Source of the DNA: Paragordius varius
Lineage: Eukaryota; Animalia; Nematomorpha
Direction of reading: 5' to 3'
NCBI GenBank assembly: GCA_964247055.1
Contig: OZ176054.1
Location: forward strand, 1,240,001-1,304,000
DNA length: 64,000 nt
Shown here: in pieces, positions 1 through 12,620 of the stretch
Layout of the letters: every line of letters starts with the position of its first letter
Numbering within the stretch: position 1 is the stretch's first letter
Program-made: the position numbers and the translations under genes
The notes under the pieces: model-generated
Databases searched by the model: none
Seen by the model: only the letters and a program-made list of their open reading frames with translations
Told to the model about the DNA's origin: nothing

Positions 1-72
1 TAAATAGGTTATTATTCTACAGCTAAATGTTAAAATTTATTTTAAAACCAATTTTTAAATATTAAAATTTAG

Positions 73-3000
73 CTTGGGAACAAATATTATAAGGATCTTG
101 ACAGTATAAATGCATCACAAGAGACAAAATCTAATTCAGCCTTTAAACAAAGACACCGCGCATTTCACTTTAATAATAGTAGTCATTCAAATAACTTTTA
201 CGAAGAGGATTTTGATAAACAGCTGCAATTGGCTCAACAACAAATACACGTAACTTACTTTTTTTTCATTGTTTTAATATTTATGTCTTGACATGAATAA
301 AAACTATAATTTTTTGCATCATAATAGGCATTTGAACGTCAAAAACAGTCCTCCAATTCCCATTCCAAAGATTTAAGCCCAAATCAAAACAGCGATGAAA
401 CTGAGAATGGCGACTCCGAATCTTTAAATCCTTTTCCCGCGAACCCTAAAAATGGTTCTGTAACTTCGGGCCTTCCCAATCAAAATGATGGCGGTCAATA
501 CAAAAAGAATAACCAAAAATCATATTTTGATTCTAAGAAAAAATTTCAGGGCAAACAGTTGAATAACAGCGTTAAAAATGAAACAAGCCATTACAATAAT
601 AAAAACAATAAAAATGGCAAATTTAATACAATGGTAATTATAGAATTATTACCGCTGTTTTAATCATATAATAGCTATTTTTTAGTTAAAACATTAAACA
701 TACATAAAATAAGTTATGTGTTCGCTAAAATATAATTTATAGGGCAAATCTAGGCAATAAAAAATCATATAATAAGAAAATCAAGCTTTAAGGGATCCCA
801 AAGTTTTACTAAATCTGACTTTAAATTTTTTTATATATATACAGTTTAAAATTTAGGATAAGAATATCAAAGCTATCCAATGGGCTTAAAAGTGGCAATT
901 TCTATAATATTTGCTTTTATCATCAATATGCATTAAATTTAGCTAATATATTGCGATTATTTAGCCTTATTTAAATCGATTATATATAATTTTTAATTTT
1001 ATTATACGGATTCTCAATTGTCTCATCAGAATCTACCCAACTAATAATTTTATAGGAATGTAATCTTAATTTTAAGCGATTGTAAAACAAAATTTGAATT
1101 CATTTTAAAATGCAACATAAACCAATTAATTAATCGTGTTTTTTTAAACCACTCATTAAGACGGGAAGGGGTTTTTATAGGTTTCTTACATTATGGTTTT
1201 ACATGATTTCTGTTTATTCATTATAATCTTACAGGGTAATACTCAGACAAATTTTTATACGAATAAGAGTGATCCATCTAACTCGGTTGCAAACTCCAAC
1301 ACTTCATTCAATAACGATAATAAGAATTTCAAAAACAAAAAACATTTCAATAAACATGGAAATGCTGGTAGCGGAAATAAATACAACAAAGGTCACGCTG
1401 AAACTCATCAGGTTCAATTCACGAAACGACTTTGTCGTTATTATGTCGAGGGTCGTTGTGTTAAAGTATTTCTTTTCATTTTTTTACTAAATTTGGATTT
1501 TCGAATCATAATCAATCATTTACTAATTAATAGGGTTCGGAATGCAAATTTAGCCATGATGGGGATTTAAATCTAAAAAAGGAAGTTTGCAAATATTATG
1601 TGCAGAATACTTGCACTAAGGGAGATGCTTGCGTTTTTATGCATTGTAAGTTGATTAAATTGATTTTTTCAAAATTTTATAACAAATAAACTTATGAATG
1701 TGTCGTATTGTATGATTAATTAAGAGATGTTCACGCATCGTCTGCTTTATGTTAATATAATTTTTGATATATCATAATGTTTTATAAATACCATATAAAC
1801 TAATTATTCCATTTTTATGTTTGTTTATTTAGCTCAATTCCCATGCAAGTTTTTCCACACTGGTCAAAATTGTTTTGGGGCCGAAAATTGCAAATTTTCG
1901 CACGCTCTTCCCTTGTCGGATGAAGGAAGAGAATTGCTAAATAAGGTAAATACTGTTTTTTTATGTTAAATAAAAATATTTTTTATTCATAAATTATGAA
2001 ATTGGAAGTTTGTTTTAAATTAAATATATCACCGTTTACCTTAATATATAATCTATTATTCAAATATCCAGGCTATCAATAATCATTCGGCCAATCTTCA
2101 AATGACTGAAGAAACGCCTGAATTCGTCGATACTTTGATGGAAAATGAGTATTTTTTCTTGTATTTAATACGTAAACATATTATTTTTTACATAAAGATT
2201 AAATTATTGGTTAAAGATAACATTATATAGATATTTTCTCTAGTTGCATATTAAATGACTATTATAGCAAATAATATTGTTTCTTGCATCTTTATACGTT
2301 AATTTAGTAACAATCAAACAGTGAGCGTTGATCCAACCACCAATCTTTATGCTGAACAAGATGATACCTTTAATACGAATTATAGTGGATCACACAAAGG
2401 GTATTTCATTACTACCCCTGAAGAAAGCGAAAAGAAAAATGCCCAAGAACTACCCTTGTTCCCTTCTCTTATAAAAGTAGGTGGGGAAGATAATATGAAT
2501 GCGAAATCAAACGATAAAAAAGTGGAAGTCGATTTGAATGACCTTTTCGGAGATTCCGGGAATGAGGAGAAATCTTCCCAAAACGGATCGAGCGATGATG
2601 AAAGTGATTCCGAAGGTCGTCCAATGCCTTGTGGTTCAATCATGCAAACTTTGGCTTTGTTAAAATCTGAAGACACTAATAGGAATGCAACATCAACAAC
2701 ACAAGGTTTATTAGCCTAATTATCTATCCATAGTTTTTTTCTAAAAATATAAAATTGGAACTCGTTATACAAATATTTTAAATTTTCGAAAATTCGATTT
2801 TTATGCCAAAATTTAAAGGGATCAAAGTAACTTTTTTTGTTTTATATGGCATATATTAGGTTACACAAAAAAGGAAAGTTCTAACTTAGCAACGAAAGAA
2901 TCAGCCAACATAATAAACAGTCAAGAATCTTTGAGATGTATTGCTTCGGCCATTTCAACTCACAATTCTCCAAACATAAAATCTGAATGTATCTTTTTTT

Positions 3001-6000
3001 TCCATAAAGAAATTTATTATTTTATATACAAATATTATGTTTTGGGGAACGTAAAAACAAATTTTTTAAAAAAGACAACCTATTATATTGAATTTCGATT
3101 TTTTTTAAATATAACTCATCGTTTTGGGTTACAATAGAATATGAGTTTTGAAGTGGTAACACTCTTAATTATATAATATAGTTTCTGTAAGAAAGAAATA
3201 TCAATGTTCAAAAAGTGTGATTGTCTTTTGAAAAAAATATGGTTGGTTGTCTTTTAGTTTTAATGTTTTGCCTGTATAATTTCAAATCTTTTCAATCTAG
3301 ATCAACGTACCCCAGATACAAGTGATGTGGATTCAGACGCTGAACACAAAGATATAAAAATTTCAATTGACTCAACGGTGGGCGAAGGTATTATATATAT
3401 TAACAAAATTTGATTTAGTTCTCAAAAATAAGAGGTGATTAAATTTGTTGTAGATTATTAAAATAAATATAGTTTATAACATAATACAAGGAAATTTAAA
3501 AGAAAGTCGTAAGCGTAATACACATTTATATAATATGTTAGAATTTAAGATAATCCAAAATTGAAAATAAACTTCAATTTTTTGAAACTAACCATATTTT
3601 CTATATATTCGTATGATCAGGGTTCGAATTTTTTTAATTTAATATATAATTTTTACAGTAAAGAAACTATCATTTTTGAAAGGCAAATATCTTAATTGTT
3701 TTCTATATAGGCATATGATCTAAATTCAAATCTATAAAAGTTTTTTAGTTTTAAATTAATTTTGTAACTAAATATTATTTTTTTAGTTACCCTGGATGAT
3801 TATGAAGAGGATGAAGATAGAAACTCATCAGCTGTTTTGCAGATTGATGATTCTTTTGGATCCACAACGCTAACCCCAAAACCGAAAGTAAAAGCCAAGG
3901 TAAAGGAAATATCATTTGCTATTGGTGATAAAAAGACTGCCTCGGCTACGACAAAAAAAGTTGTTTGTCACAATAAAAACAATGTTGCCGCCGCTTTTTT
4001 AAATGATGCCGCCGACAATGACGAGCCAGGATCTGACAAAGAAAATTCTGGAAACAAAATGGCCGCCCCCGGTTCGGATTCTGAAAATGGCGACGACGAT
4101 GACGACGACGACCGACCCCAAAAGAGTTATCATGATTTTGGGATTGGGAACTTTTTGAGTTCTTTGAATGCTGCATCATCTACTGTTTCAAATACCGCTA
4201 TCACTAATACACCATCACTGGGAAAAGATATTCCCCAAAATGTGAATATGAACGGTAGTTTTAATTTAATTTTAAATTCTTAATAATAAAATGAAATTAC
4301 TCATCTTTCAATATTTAAGCAAAATTAGTGTGAATGCAATATCAAAAATTGTCCTAAACATAGAAACACAAATTATTTTTAATGAAGGATTTAATTATTT
4401 AAACTTGTTGAAAAACGGAGAAAAATCATAACCGCCCTGGGGCTTTTTATGTTAAATCATACATTTTCTATTGTTTAAAAACAGAAAAGTATTCATATTA
4501 TGATAATCAAAATGAAACAACGGTCATTTCTCCCAGCAATAGAAACAACAAATTTTATTCCAACAAAAGTGGCCATAATGATAAGTATGGACGATATGCT
4601 GGAAATAATGCTGGTGGATTCAAAAGAGGAGGTACTAACTAACAAGTTTTAAATTAAGTATTGCGCCAAAAAAATTGATTTAATACAAAAAATCAAAATT
4701 TTCTAAACTTTGATATCACCACATGTTTTTTTTTTCATTTTTCAAAAACATTGATATCCTGAAAGAACCGTTTAATCAATTTGAATTAATATAAAATGTA
4801 TATTATTAATTAATAACACATAAATATTAATTTATTAGGTAATCGAGGGATGTATCATCAAAATAGTAACCCCGGATCTGGTTTTAAATCATCCGCTCAA
4901 AATTCCACCAAATTTCGACCAAATATGAATGTCAATCCGAACAATAACAATAACTCAAATAACGCTTTGGCTACTGCAGCGGCCATGATGGCTATCATGA
5001 ATGCTCAGCAGAATTGCGTTGCCCCTGGCAACACACCCACACCTCCACTAGGTATGTGAGAAAAAGAATGGTGTTTTAAAATGTGTCATTATCAAAAAAA
5101 TTTTTTATACTTTGTGGGGAATAAAAGGAAATTATTAGTTAGATTTACGGTTTACTTTTATTATTTTAAGTATATCATTATTAATTCTCTGAATTTTTTC
5201 ATAAAAATTGGTAAATAGATGGATATAATTAAAACATTATTGATATGCTTTAACATTTATTTAACAGTTTTAAATTAATTGATATCAATAAAATTTTACA
5301 AAATCTCTGAATTTTTAACATTTAACAGGTAATATGAGCACAAACCCTATGATGGCCGCCATGTTTATGCAGCAAGCAGCCGGAATGATCCCCTCTGTCA
5401 TGATGAACGCAATGGGGCTCAACAACGCCCCACAAATGCCTCCACCCAATATGTTTATGGCGCCTGGACAAAAGTACATTTTTATGTAACAAGATTATAT
5501 GATGGTTAACTTTTTTATGAGAAGTTTTTTGATCCTTCTATAATTTATATATACATATATATTCAAAAAATGTATGAATTTACCATAGTATTTAGTTTTA
5601 AAACCAAAATTTGAAATTATGTTAACATTTAAAACTTTTTTTTCGTTAGCGCCAATATGAATAGCAATGTGACTTCAATGGTCGCCCCCAACATGTTATA
5701 CAATATGAATAATCAAAGTTTTGGAAGACCGCCCCTTCCACCCTTTAATAATGCCGCGACAATGTTTATGTCACCAAATAATACTAATTTGCCCAATTTT
5801 ATGATGCCAAACAACAACATAAACGCCGCCTTAAATGTTTCATCTTCGACGACTCCTTTGAAAGATAACACTAATGGCACAGGGTATTTCATGGTTTAAT
5901 TTCAAAGCTTTCTTTATAAAAATTACTGTATATCGCGGTAACTTAACTTGCATAATCCCGATTTTCACCATAATTCAATATAACAAAAGTTTTATCTGTA

Positions 6001-8752
6001 AATTGATAAATGATAAAATATTTAACAAAAATGGCAAAAATCTTATGAAAATGATTTTTTATATTTACCAAAGTAGTGGAATAAAATTATGAACTATACC
6101 AAAACAAATAATTCTATCCGATGTTAATTTAACTCAATTCATTTGGAATCAAATTATTAGGGGCTAGATATTTAGGTTCATGATGAATGACTTTTAACTG
6201 TAAATGATATGCATATATAAGCTTTTTTCTACATAATAATTAATATTTTTTAAGTAATTTATTGGCCATATTTATAAATTTCAATTTTATTTATTTAAAC
6301 TTATTCATTACAAAGCACAATAAATATTTTTTCCTGCTATAGAAATCAGACACCAATTAACATGAGTCCAAACGAAGAATTTGGAGGTGTTTCATCATTA
6401 TTGTCTCAACCAGCTGACTTCTCAAACATTGGCAACAATAAGATTTCAACAAATCCTTCACCAAATTTAATCGAGCATAAGGAGGATGGAAATAAAACGA
6501 CGACGGCAAAAGATTTTGATTTCCGAGTTTTTGATAACAAACATTTTAATTCCAATTCCAATAATCATTTAAATATTTTACCGCCTCCACCACCTAACAG
6601 TGGCACAATTCAACAATCACACTCATCAGGTTTCAATGTTAAACAACCATCATCATCAACTAAAATACAAAAGAGCAATAACCTAAATCAAAAACACTTA
6701 TGTTGGTCACTTAAACCAATAACGGAAATCCCGTTACGGCGAAGATGGAATCGACCGCCAGATGAAATCCTGCAAACGCCTGACGGAAAATTGATTGACC
6801 CAAGACTTAAACATCCCAACTATGTCGAAATGTTTGAAATGATGGCCCTGGCAAAGTAAAATACTTTTACAGCACGAAAAATTTTACACAATATAAAGTT
6901 TAAGACAAAAATATTTTAACCCTGTTTTTGTGTTTTAAAAGACTGTAAAATTGAAATTATACGGACGAAAAAAAGTAAAAAACAAAGAATTTTTAAAGCA
7001 CCCTATGCTTGCTCCGATCGATTTAAATTGTAAATATAAATTATTATAAATAATTATGTATTTACAATTGTTATTAAAAAAAGGAAAATCAAGGGCTAAA
7101 AAGTATGGTTGTCCCTTGAAAAAAATATATTAATCTCTATTTTTTTACGTTTTGCCTGTGCAATTCAAGTGTAATTGAAAACTTCCTTAAAATAATACAT
7201 GTTAAGTAACTCGTGTAGCCAATCGTTTTAGATAATTATTTAAAAACATATTTTAAATTCAATCTAATGTTTTTTATCCACCATAAAATCATTTTATACC
7301 ATATATATTATGTAATTTTGATAACCTTCATGACTTTTTACCATTTCTTTTATCAAAATTATCCTAAATTTTTGTGATTAATTTAGACAAGAGTTGAAAT
7401 CGAATGTAAGTTCAATTCCTGCACCATCTCAGCCAAATGCTACAATGATTGGTAATGTCGCTACCAGGGATCCCAGGCGAGCCAGGCACACTTCAACCAA
7501 TAATGCTCAAACATTAGAAACAACTTTTAATAAGAACAAACCTAGTAAAAAATTTGGTTTTTTTTCAAAAAAAGGATAATCTTTTAGAAATGTTCTTATA
7601 TATTACTAAATTATTGGGTTCTCACAGAGAGAAAACCACACTTTTGCATGCTAATAACAATTTTTTATATAGCAAAGTATTACCTTTTTATATTAATCGT
7701 TTCTATTGCTATATAACGAATTTTTTATTTTAGGTCACGATTACATAGCAATACCAAGTGGGAATAATAATCTCACCCCAGCACACACTTTACAAAAACA
7801 GGATTCGACAGCTTTCAATTCTGATTTCAATGTGGCATCAAATGCAAACATGTATACTCCCAAAAACATGGATAATATAAACAGTCCTGGACTAAAAAAA
7901 GTTGACAAATCTCGACGAGCCTTGAACAGTAATGTAAGTGAGCCAATTGTCACTCAAGAGGTTCCCATCATAATTCAGCCCTTTGCTCAAATTATCGGTT
8001 CGACATCTCTCAATAATAACAATAATACCATGTTTGCAAATATTAAAGATCCCAGTGATTACAGTTTAGCCGCTTCGTTCAATAACATTAGTGGTGGGGG
8101 GAAGAATGCATTTAAAATACCTAAGAAAAAAGCGCCACCTTTGCATAATAATGCTAATGATCAGCAAACACTTAATCAAACAACAACGGCATCAAATTCA
8201 CCTTTAAAAGATAAACCTTCAAATACTTTGCCTCAAGAAGAGATGACAAGCAGCTTAGCATCCATTTATTCTTGTGTCATTTCTATTGCTTCGGTTGAAG
8301 AAGGTAAAAGCCCCGTTGATAAAAATGATGGCTCATTCTCTCCTACAGAAACGGTGACTTCAACAGCTCCACCACCACCAAATAAAACCAAACTCAATTT
8401 ATCCGATTATAAAGCTCGAATCTCTTCAAACACACCCCTAAACACTGAAACATTAAACAGCAAAAACAACTTTAATACCAAGTTTTCAAGACCCTTTACC
8501 AACACAAATGTAAAAACAGTATCAAGCCACCACCAATCTACCAAACAAGACATCACTTGCATAGATATCGATGATGAAAACAATCAAAAAAATCCTGGAA
8601 TACAAAATGAAAAAAGCTCAGGACTCACCTTAAGTAACGTTAATTTAACGGCTTTAAACAATTTGGCTCCGTCAGAAAAAACGGCTAAAAAGTCACAAAA
8701 TATATTTACGCTCTATCAATCAGACCCTGAGAATGACAGTGATGAAGATTAA
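73..8752 (+). CDS. ZC3H4: ZC3H4/ZC3H6-like CCCH zinc-finger protein (Restrictor/Su(s) family), 5'-partial, about 17 exons
   Basis: GT-AG exons join in frame: 73-249, 328-633, 1235-1465, 1534-1645, 1833-1945, 2072-2148, 2308-2705, then exons starting 2860, 3301, 3788, 4485, 4839, 5329, 5650, 6343, 7388, and last exon 7734-8752 (TAA). Three tandem CCCH fingers: [40 protein letters not shown] and [22 protein letters not shown], followed by [14 protein letters not shown], the ZC3H4/6 pattern. C-terminal DPR motifs IDPRLKH and [10 protein letters not shown]3H4 versus ZC3H6 cannot be resolved. Confidence 0.85.
6943..7177. mobile_element. Degenerate MITE of the CAGTAAAAATTGAAATTATAC family (ZC3H4 intron)
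   Basis: Left end ctgtaaaattgaaattatacggacg and right end ttttgcctgtgcaattcaag resemble the inverted termini at 20862-21120. Confidence 0.4.
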
Positions 8753-8900
8753 TTTGATAGAAGTGTGCATGTAAGATAAATCAATCTCATTATGATATAC
8801 AAATTATAATTTATATATATATATAATGGATTCTAGATTTTCACAAATATTCTGAGTTATGCCATTATTTACAAATATATTTCATTTTACCCACTATACA

Positions 8901-8931
<31 letters not shown>

Positions 8932-9000
8932 TCTATCAAATAAATTGTTAAATACGCTTATATATATAATAATAGGATATTTGATAAGAACTCTTGGGCA

Positions 9001-12000
9001 TCTATATATTTATAAAAATGGAAAATGCTGGCTTTGTGATCTGGTACAGGAAAACCGGTAGACCCAATCAAATCCAAATATCGAAAAAATATAATCATTA
9101 ATAAATGTCCCGACAATAGCTTCGCCCTTTTTTTGAAATAGGCCCCCAGTTCGGGCCCACCCCGTATGAAAAACGGGTTTTTTTTGAAAACAGAAGTCCA
9201 CAAAATCGTGTTTTTGAGACAATTTTCCGGAGAACGTGTTGGACCATTCAATTTCAAATATGATTTTTGTTTACTTATTTTCGATTGCGCTGAACATAGT
9301 CGAGCCACTTTTTTGATTTAGGCCCTCTTTTTACCCGCTCCCCCCGTGAAATGCCACCTTTTTCAAAAAACAAAGTCCACAAAAATAATTTTTAAAATCG
9401 ATTTTTCGCCCTAGGTATGAGACCGTAAAAATTCAATAAAGATTCCACGTATTCCCTGTTAAAAGGCAAAAATTTTAGTCTACAGTTTATTTGATGATAG
9501 CTGCTGGGTAAGGAGCTACCCGCTAAAAACTGATTTTTCATATAACTTTGTGATCTGTTTCCGGAAAACGGGTGAAATCATTCAATTCCAAACATCGAAA
9601 AAATTTAATCATTAATGAATGCCCCGACAATAGCTTCGCCCTTTTTTGGAATTAGGTCCCCAGTTCGGGCCCACCCCGTATGAAAAACGGGTTTTTTTTG
9701 AAAACAGAAGTCCACAAAATCGTGTTTTTGAGACAATTTTCCGGAGAACGTGTTGGACCATTCAATTTCAAATATGATTTTTGTTTACTTATTTTCGATT
9801 GCGCTGAACATAGTCGAGCCACTTTTTTGATTTAGGCCCTCTTTTTACCCGCTCCCCCCGTGAAATGCCACCTTTTTCAAAAAACAAAGTCCACAAAAAT
9901 AATTTTTAAAATCGATTTTTCGCCCTAGGTATGAGACCGTAAAAATTCAATAAAGATTCCACGTATTCCCTGTTAAAAGGCAAAAATTTTAGTCTACAGT
10001 TTATTTGATGATAGCTGCTGGGTAAGGAGCTACCCGCTAAAAACTGATTTTTCATATAACTTTGTGATCTGTTTCCGGAAAACGGGTGAAATCATTCAAT
10101 TCCAAACATCGAAAAAATTTAATCATTAATGAATGCCCCGACAATAGCTTCGCCCTTTTTTGAAATTAGGTCCCCAGTTCGGGCCCACCCCGTGTGAAAA
10201 ATGGGTTAAGTCAATTTTTTGGAGAACGTGTTGGACCATTCAATTTCAAATATGATTTTTGTTTACTTATTTTTGATGGGGCTGAACATGGTCGAGTCAC
10301 TTTTTTGATTTAGGCCCTCTTTTTACCCGCTACCCCCGTAAAATGCCATTTTTTTCAAAAAAAACAAAGTCCACAAAAATATTTTTTTGATTGTATTTTT
10401 TTGTCCACGGTATGAGACTCTAAAAATTCGAGAAGGTTTTTTTCGTATTGCCTGTTAAAAGAAAAAAATTTTAGTCAAGCGTTTCTTTGATGATAACTGC
10501 TGAGTAAGGAGTATCTATCATATGTATAGCATGTTAAAAGATATATGGATATTAATACATTATTTATCCTCATCTATATATTTATAAAAATGGAAAATGC
10601 TGGCTTTGTGATCTGGTACAGGAAAACCGGTAGACCCAATCAAATCCAAATATCGAAAAAATATAATCATTAATAAATGTCCCGACAATAGCTTCGCCCT
10701 TTTTTTGAAATAGGCCCCCAGTTCGGGCCCACCCCGTATGAAAAACGGGTTTTTTTTGAAAACAGAAGTCCACAAAATCGTGTTTTTGAGACAATTTTCC
10801 GGAGAACGTGTTGGACCATTCAATTTCAAATATGATTTTTGTTTACTTATTTTCGATTGCGCTGAACATAGTCGAGCCACTTTTTTGATTTAGGCCCTCT
10901 TTTTACCCGCTCCCCCCGTGAAATGCCACCTTTTTCAAAAAACAAAGTCCACAAAAATAATTTTTAAAATCGATTTTTCGCCCTAGGTATGAGACCGTAA
11001 AAATTCAATAAAGATTCCACGTATTCCCTGTTAAAAGGCAAAAATTTTAGTCTACAGTTTATTTGATGATAGCTGCTGGGTAAGGAGCTACCCGCTAAAA
11101 ACTGATTTTTCATATAACTTTGTGATCTGTTTCCGGAAAACGGGTGAAATCATTCAATTCCAAACATCGAAAAAATTTAATCATTAATGAATGCCCCGAC
11201 AATAGCTTCGCCCTTTTTTGGAATTAGGTCCCCAGTTCGGGCCCACCCCGTATGAAAAACGGGTTTTTTTTGAAAACAGAAGTCCACAAAATCGTGTTTT
11301 TGAGACAATTTTCCGGAGAACGTGTTGGACCATTCAATTTCAAATATGATTTTTGTTTACTTATTTTCGATTGCGCTGAACATAGTCGAGCCACTTTTTT
11401 GATTTAGGCCCTCTTTTTACCCGCTCCCCCCGTGAAATGCCACCTTTTTCAAAAAACAAAGTCCACAAAAATAATTTTTAAAATCGATTTTTCGCCCTAG
11501 GTATGAGACCGTAAAAATTCAATAAAGATTCCACGTATTCCCTGTTAAAAGGCAAAAATTTTAGTCTACAGTTTATTTGATGATAGCTGCTGGGTAAGGA
11601 GCTACCCGCTAAAAACTGATTTTTCATATAACTTTGTGATCTGTTTCCGGAAAACGGGTGAAATCATTCAATTCCAAACATCGAAAAAATTTAATCATTA
11701 ATGAATGCCCCGACAATAGCTTCGCCCTTTTTTGGAATTAGGTCCCCAGTTCGGGCCCACCCCGTATGAAAAACGGGTTTTTTTTGAAAACAGAAGTCCA
11801 CAAAATCGTGTTTTTGAGACAATTTTCCGGAGAACGTGTTGGACCATTCAATTTCAAATATGATTTTTGTTTACTTATTTTCGATTGCGCTGAACATAGT
11901 CGAGCCACTTTTTTGATTTAGGCCCTCTTTTTACCCGCTCCCCCCGTGAAATGCCACCTTTTTCAAAAAACAAAGTTCACAAAAATAATTTTTTAAATCG

Positions 12001-12176
12001 ATTTTTCGCCCTAGGTATGAGACTGTAAAAATTCGAGAAAGATTTTTCGTATTGCCTGTTAAAAGGCAAAAATTTTAGTCAAGCGTTTCTTTAATGATAG
12101 ATGCTGAGTAAGGAGTATCTATCATATGTATAGCATGTTCAAAGATATATGGATATTAAAACATTATTTATGGTAA
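9001..12176 (+). repeat. Six ~514-bp tandem units arranged as two 3-unit higher-order blocks (~1572 bp period)
   Basis: Anchor gcttcgccc at 9119, 9633, 10147, 10691, 11205 and 11719 (spacings 514, 514, 544, 514, 514). Blocks restart at 9001 and 10573. Unit 3 has an internal deletion near 10200. Confidence 0.95.
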
Positions 12177-12334
12177 TCTATATATTTATTAAAATGGAAA
12201 ATGCTGGCTTTGTGATCTACAGGAAAACCGGTAGACCCATCAAAATCCAAACTTCGAACCCCCCTCTCTCCCCCCCCCCCCCAGAAGTCCGAAGGACTTC
12301 CTCGGGCTGCGTAGCAGCACGAGATTCACGCTAG
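9001..12334 (+). mobile_element. Non-autonomous composite Helitron carrying a 514-bp tandem array
   Basis: Begins A|TCtatatatttataaaaatgg (A at 9000) and ends CTAG|T (12331-12334, T at 12335). GC-rich hairpin ctcg-g-gctgc-gta-gcagc-a-cgag at 12301-12323 ends 7 nt before CTAG. No TSD. These are canonical Helitron termini. A second copy is at 54217-55465. Confidence 0.88.
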
Positions 12335-12620
12335 TTAAATAATATAAAATTTATTAGAAGCAAAATATATGGAGATATATCAATCAAGGTTATATATATA
12401 TTGTGTATACATTACATTCATGGTGGAAAAATTAAATTGTGTAAATAATTAATACAAAAATCAAAAATAATAATATCTTCAAAAAAGTAACTAACATCTA
12501 TATCTATACTATTGAGTGCCATTTTAATTTAATAAATTTTAGGAAAAGATAAAGATAATAAAAACAATATGATAAAACAAAATCAATATAGATTGGAATT
12601 ATTCTACAGTGTTTTTCATT

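Noticed and set aside
8958-10880. Repeated ORFs MARLCSAQSK... and MSQKHDF... (also at 54644-55456 and 12149-12334)
   Set aside because: They lie wholly within the Helitron satellite units or core, have no recognisable domain, and change frame between copies. They are chance ORFs.
9001-12176. Tandem array as a CRISPR array or a prokaryotic repeat
   Set aside because: The units are 514 bp with no unique spacers, there are no cas genes, and the context is eukaryotic.
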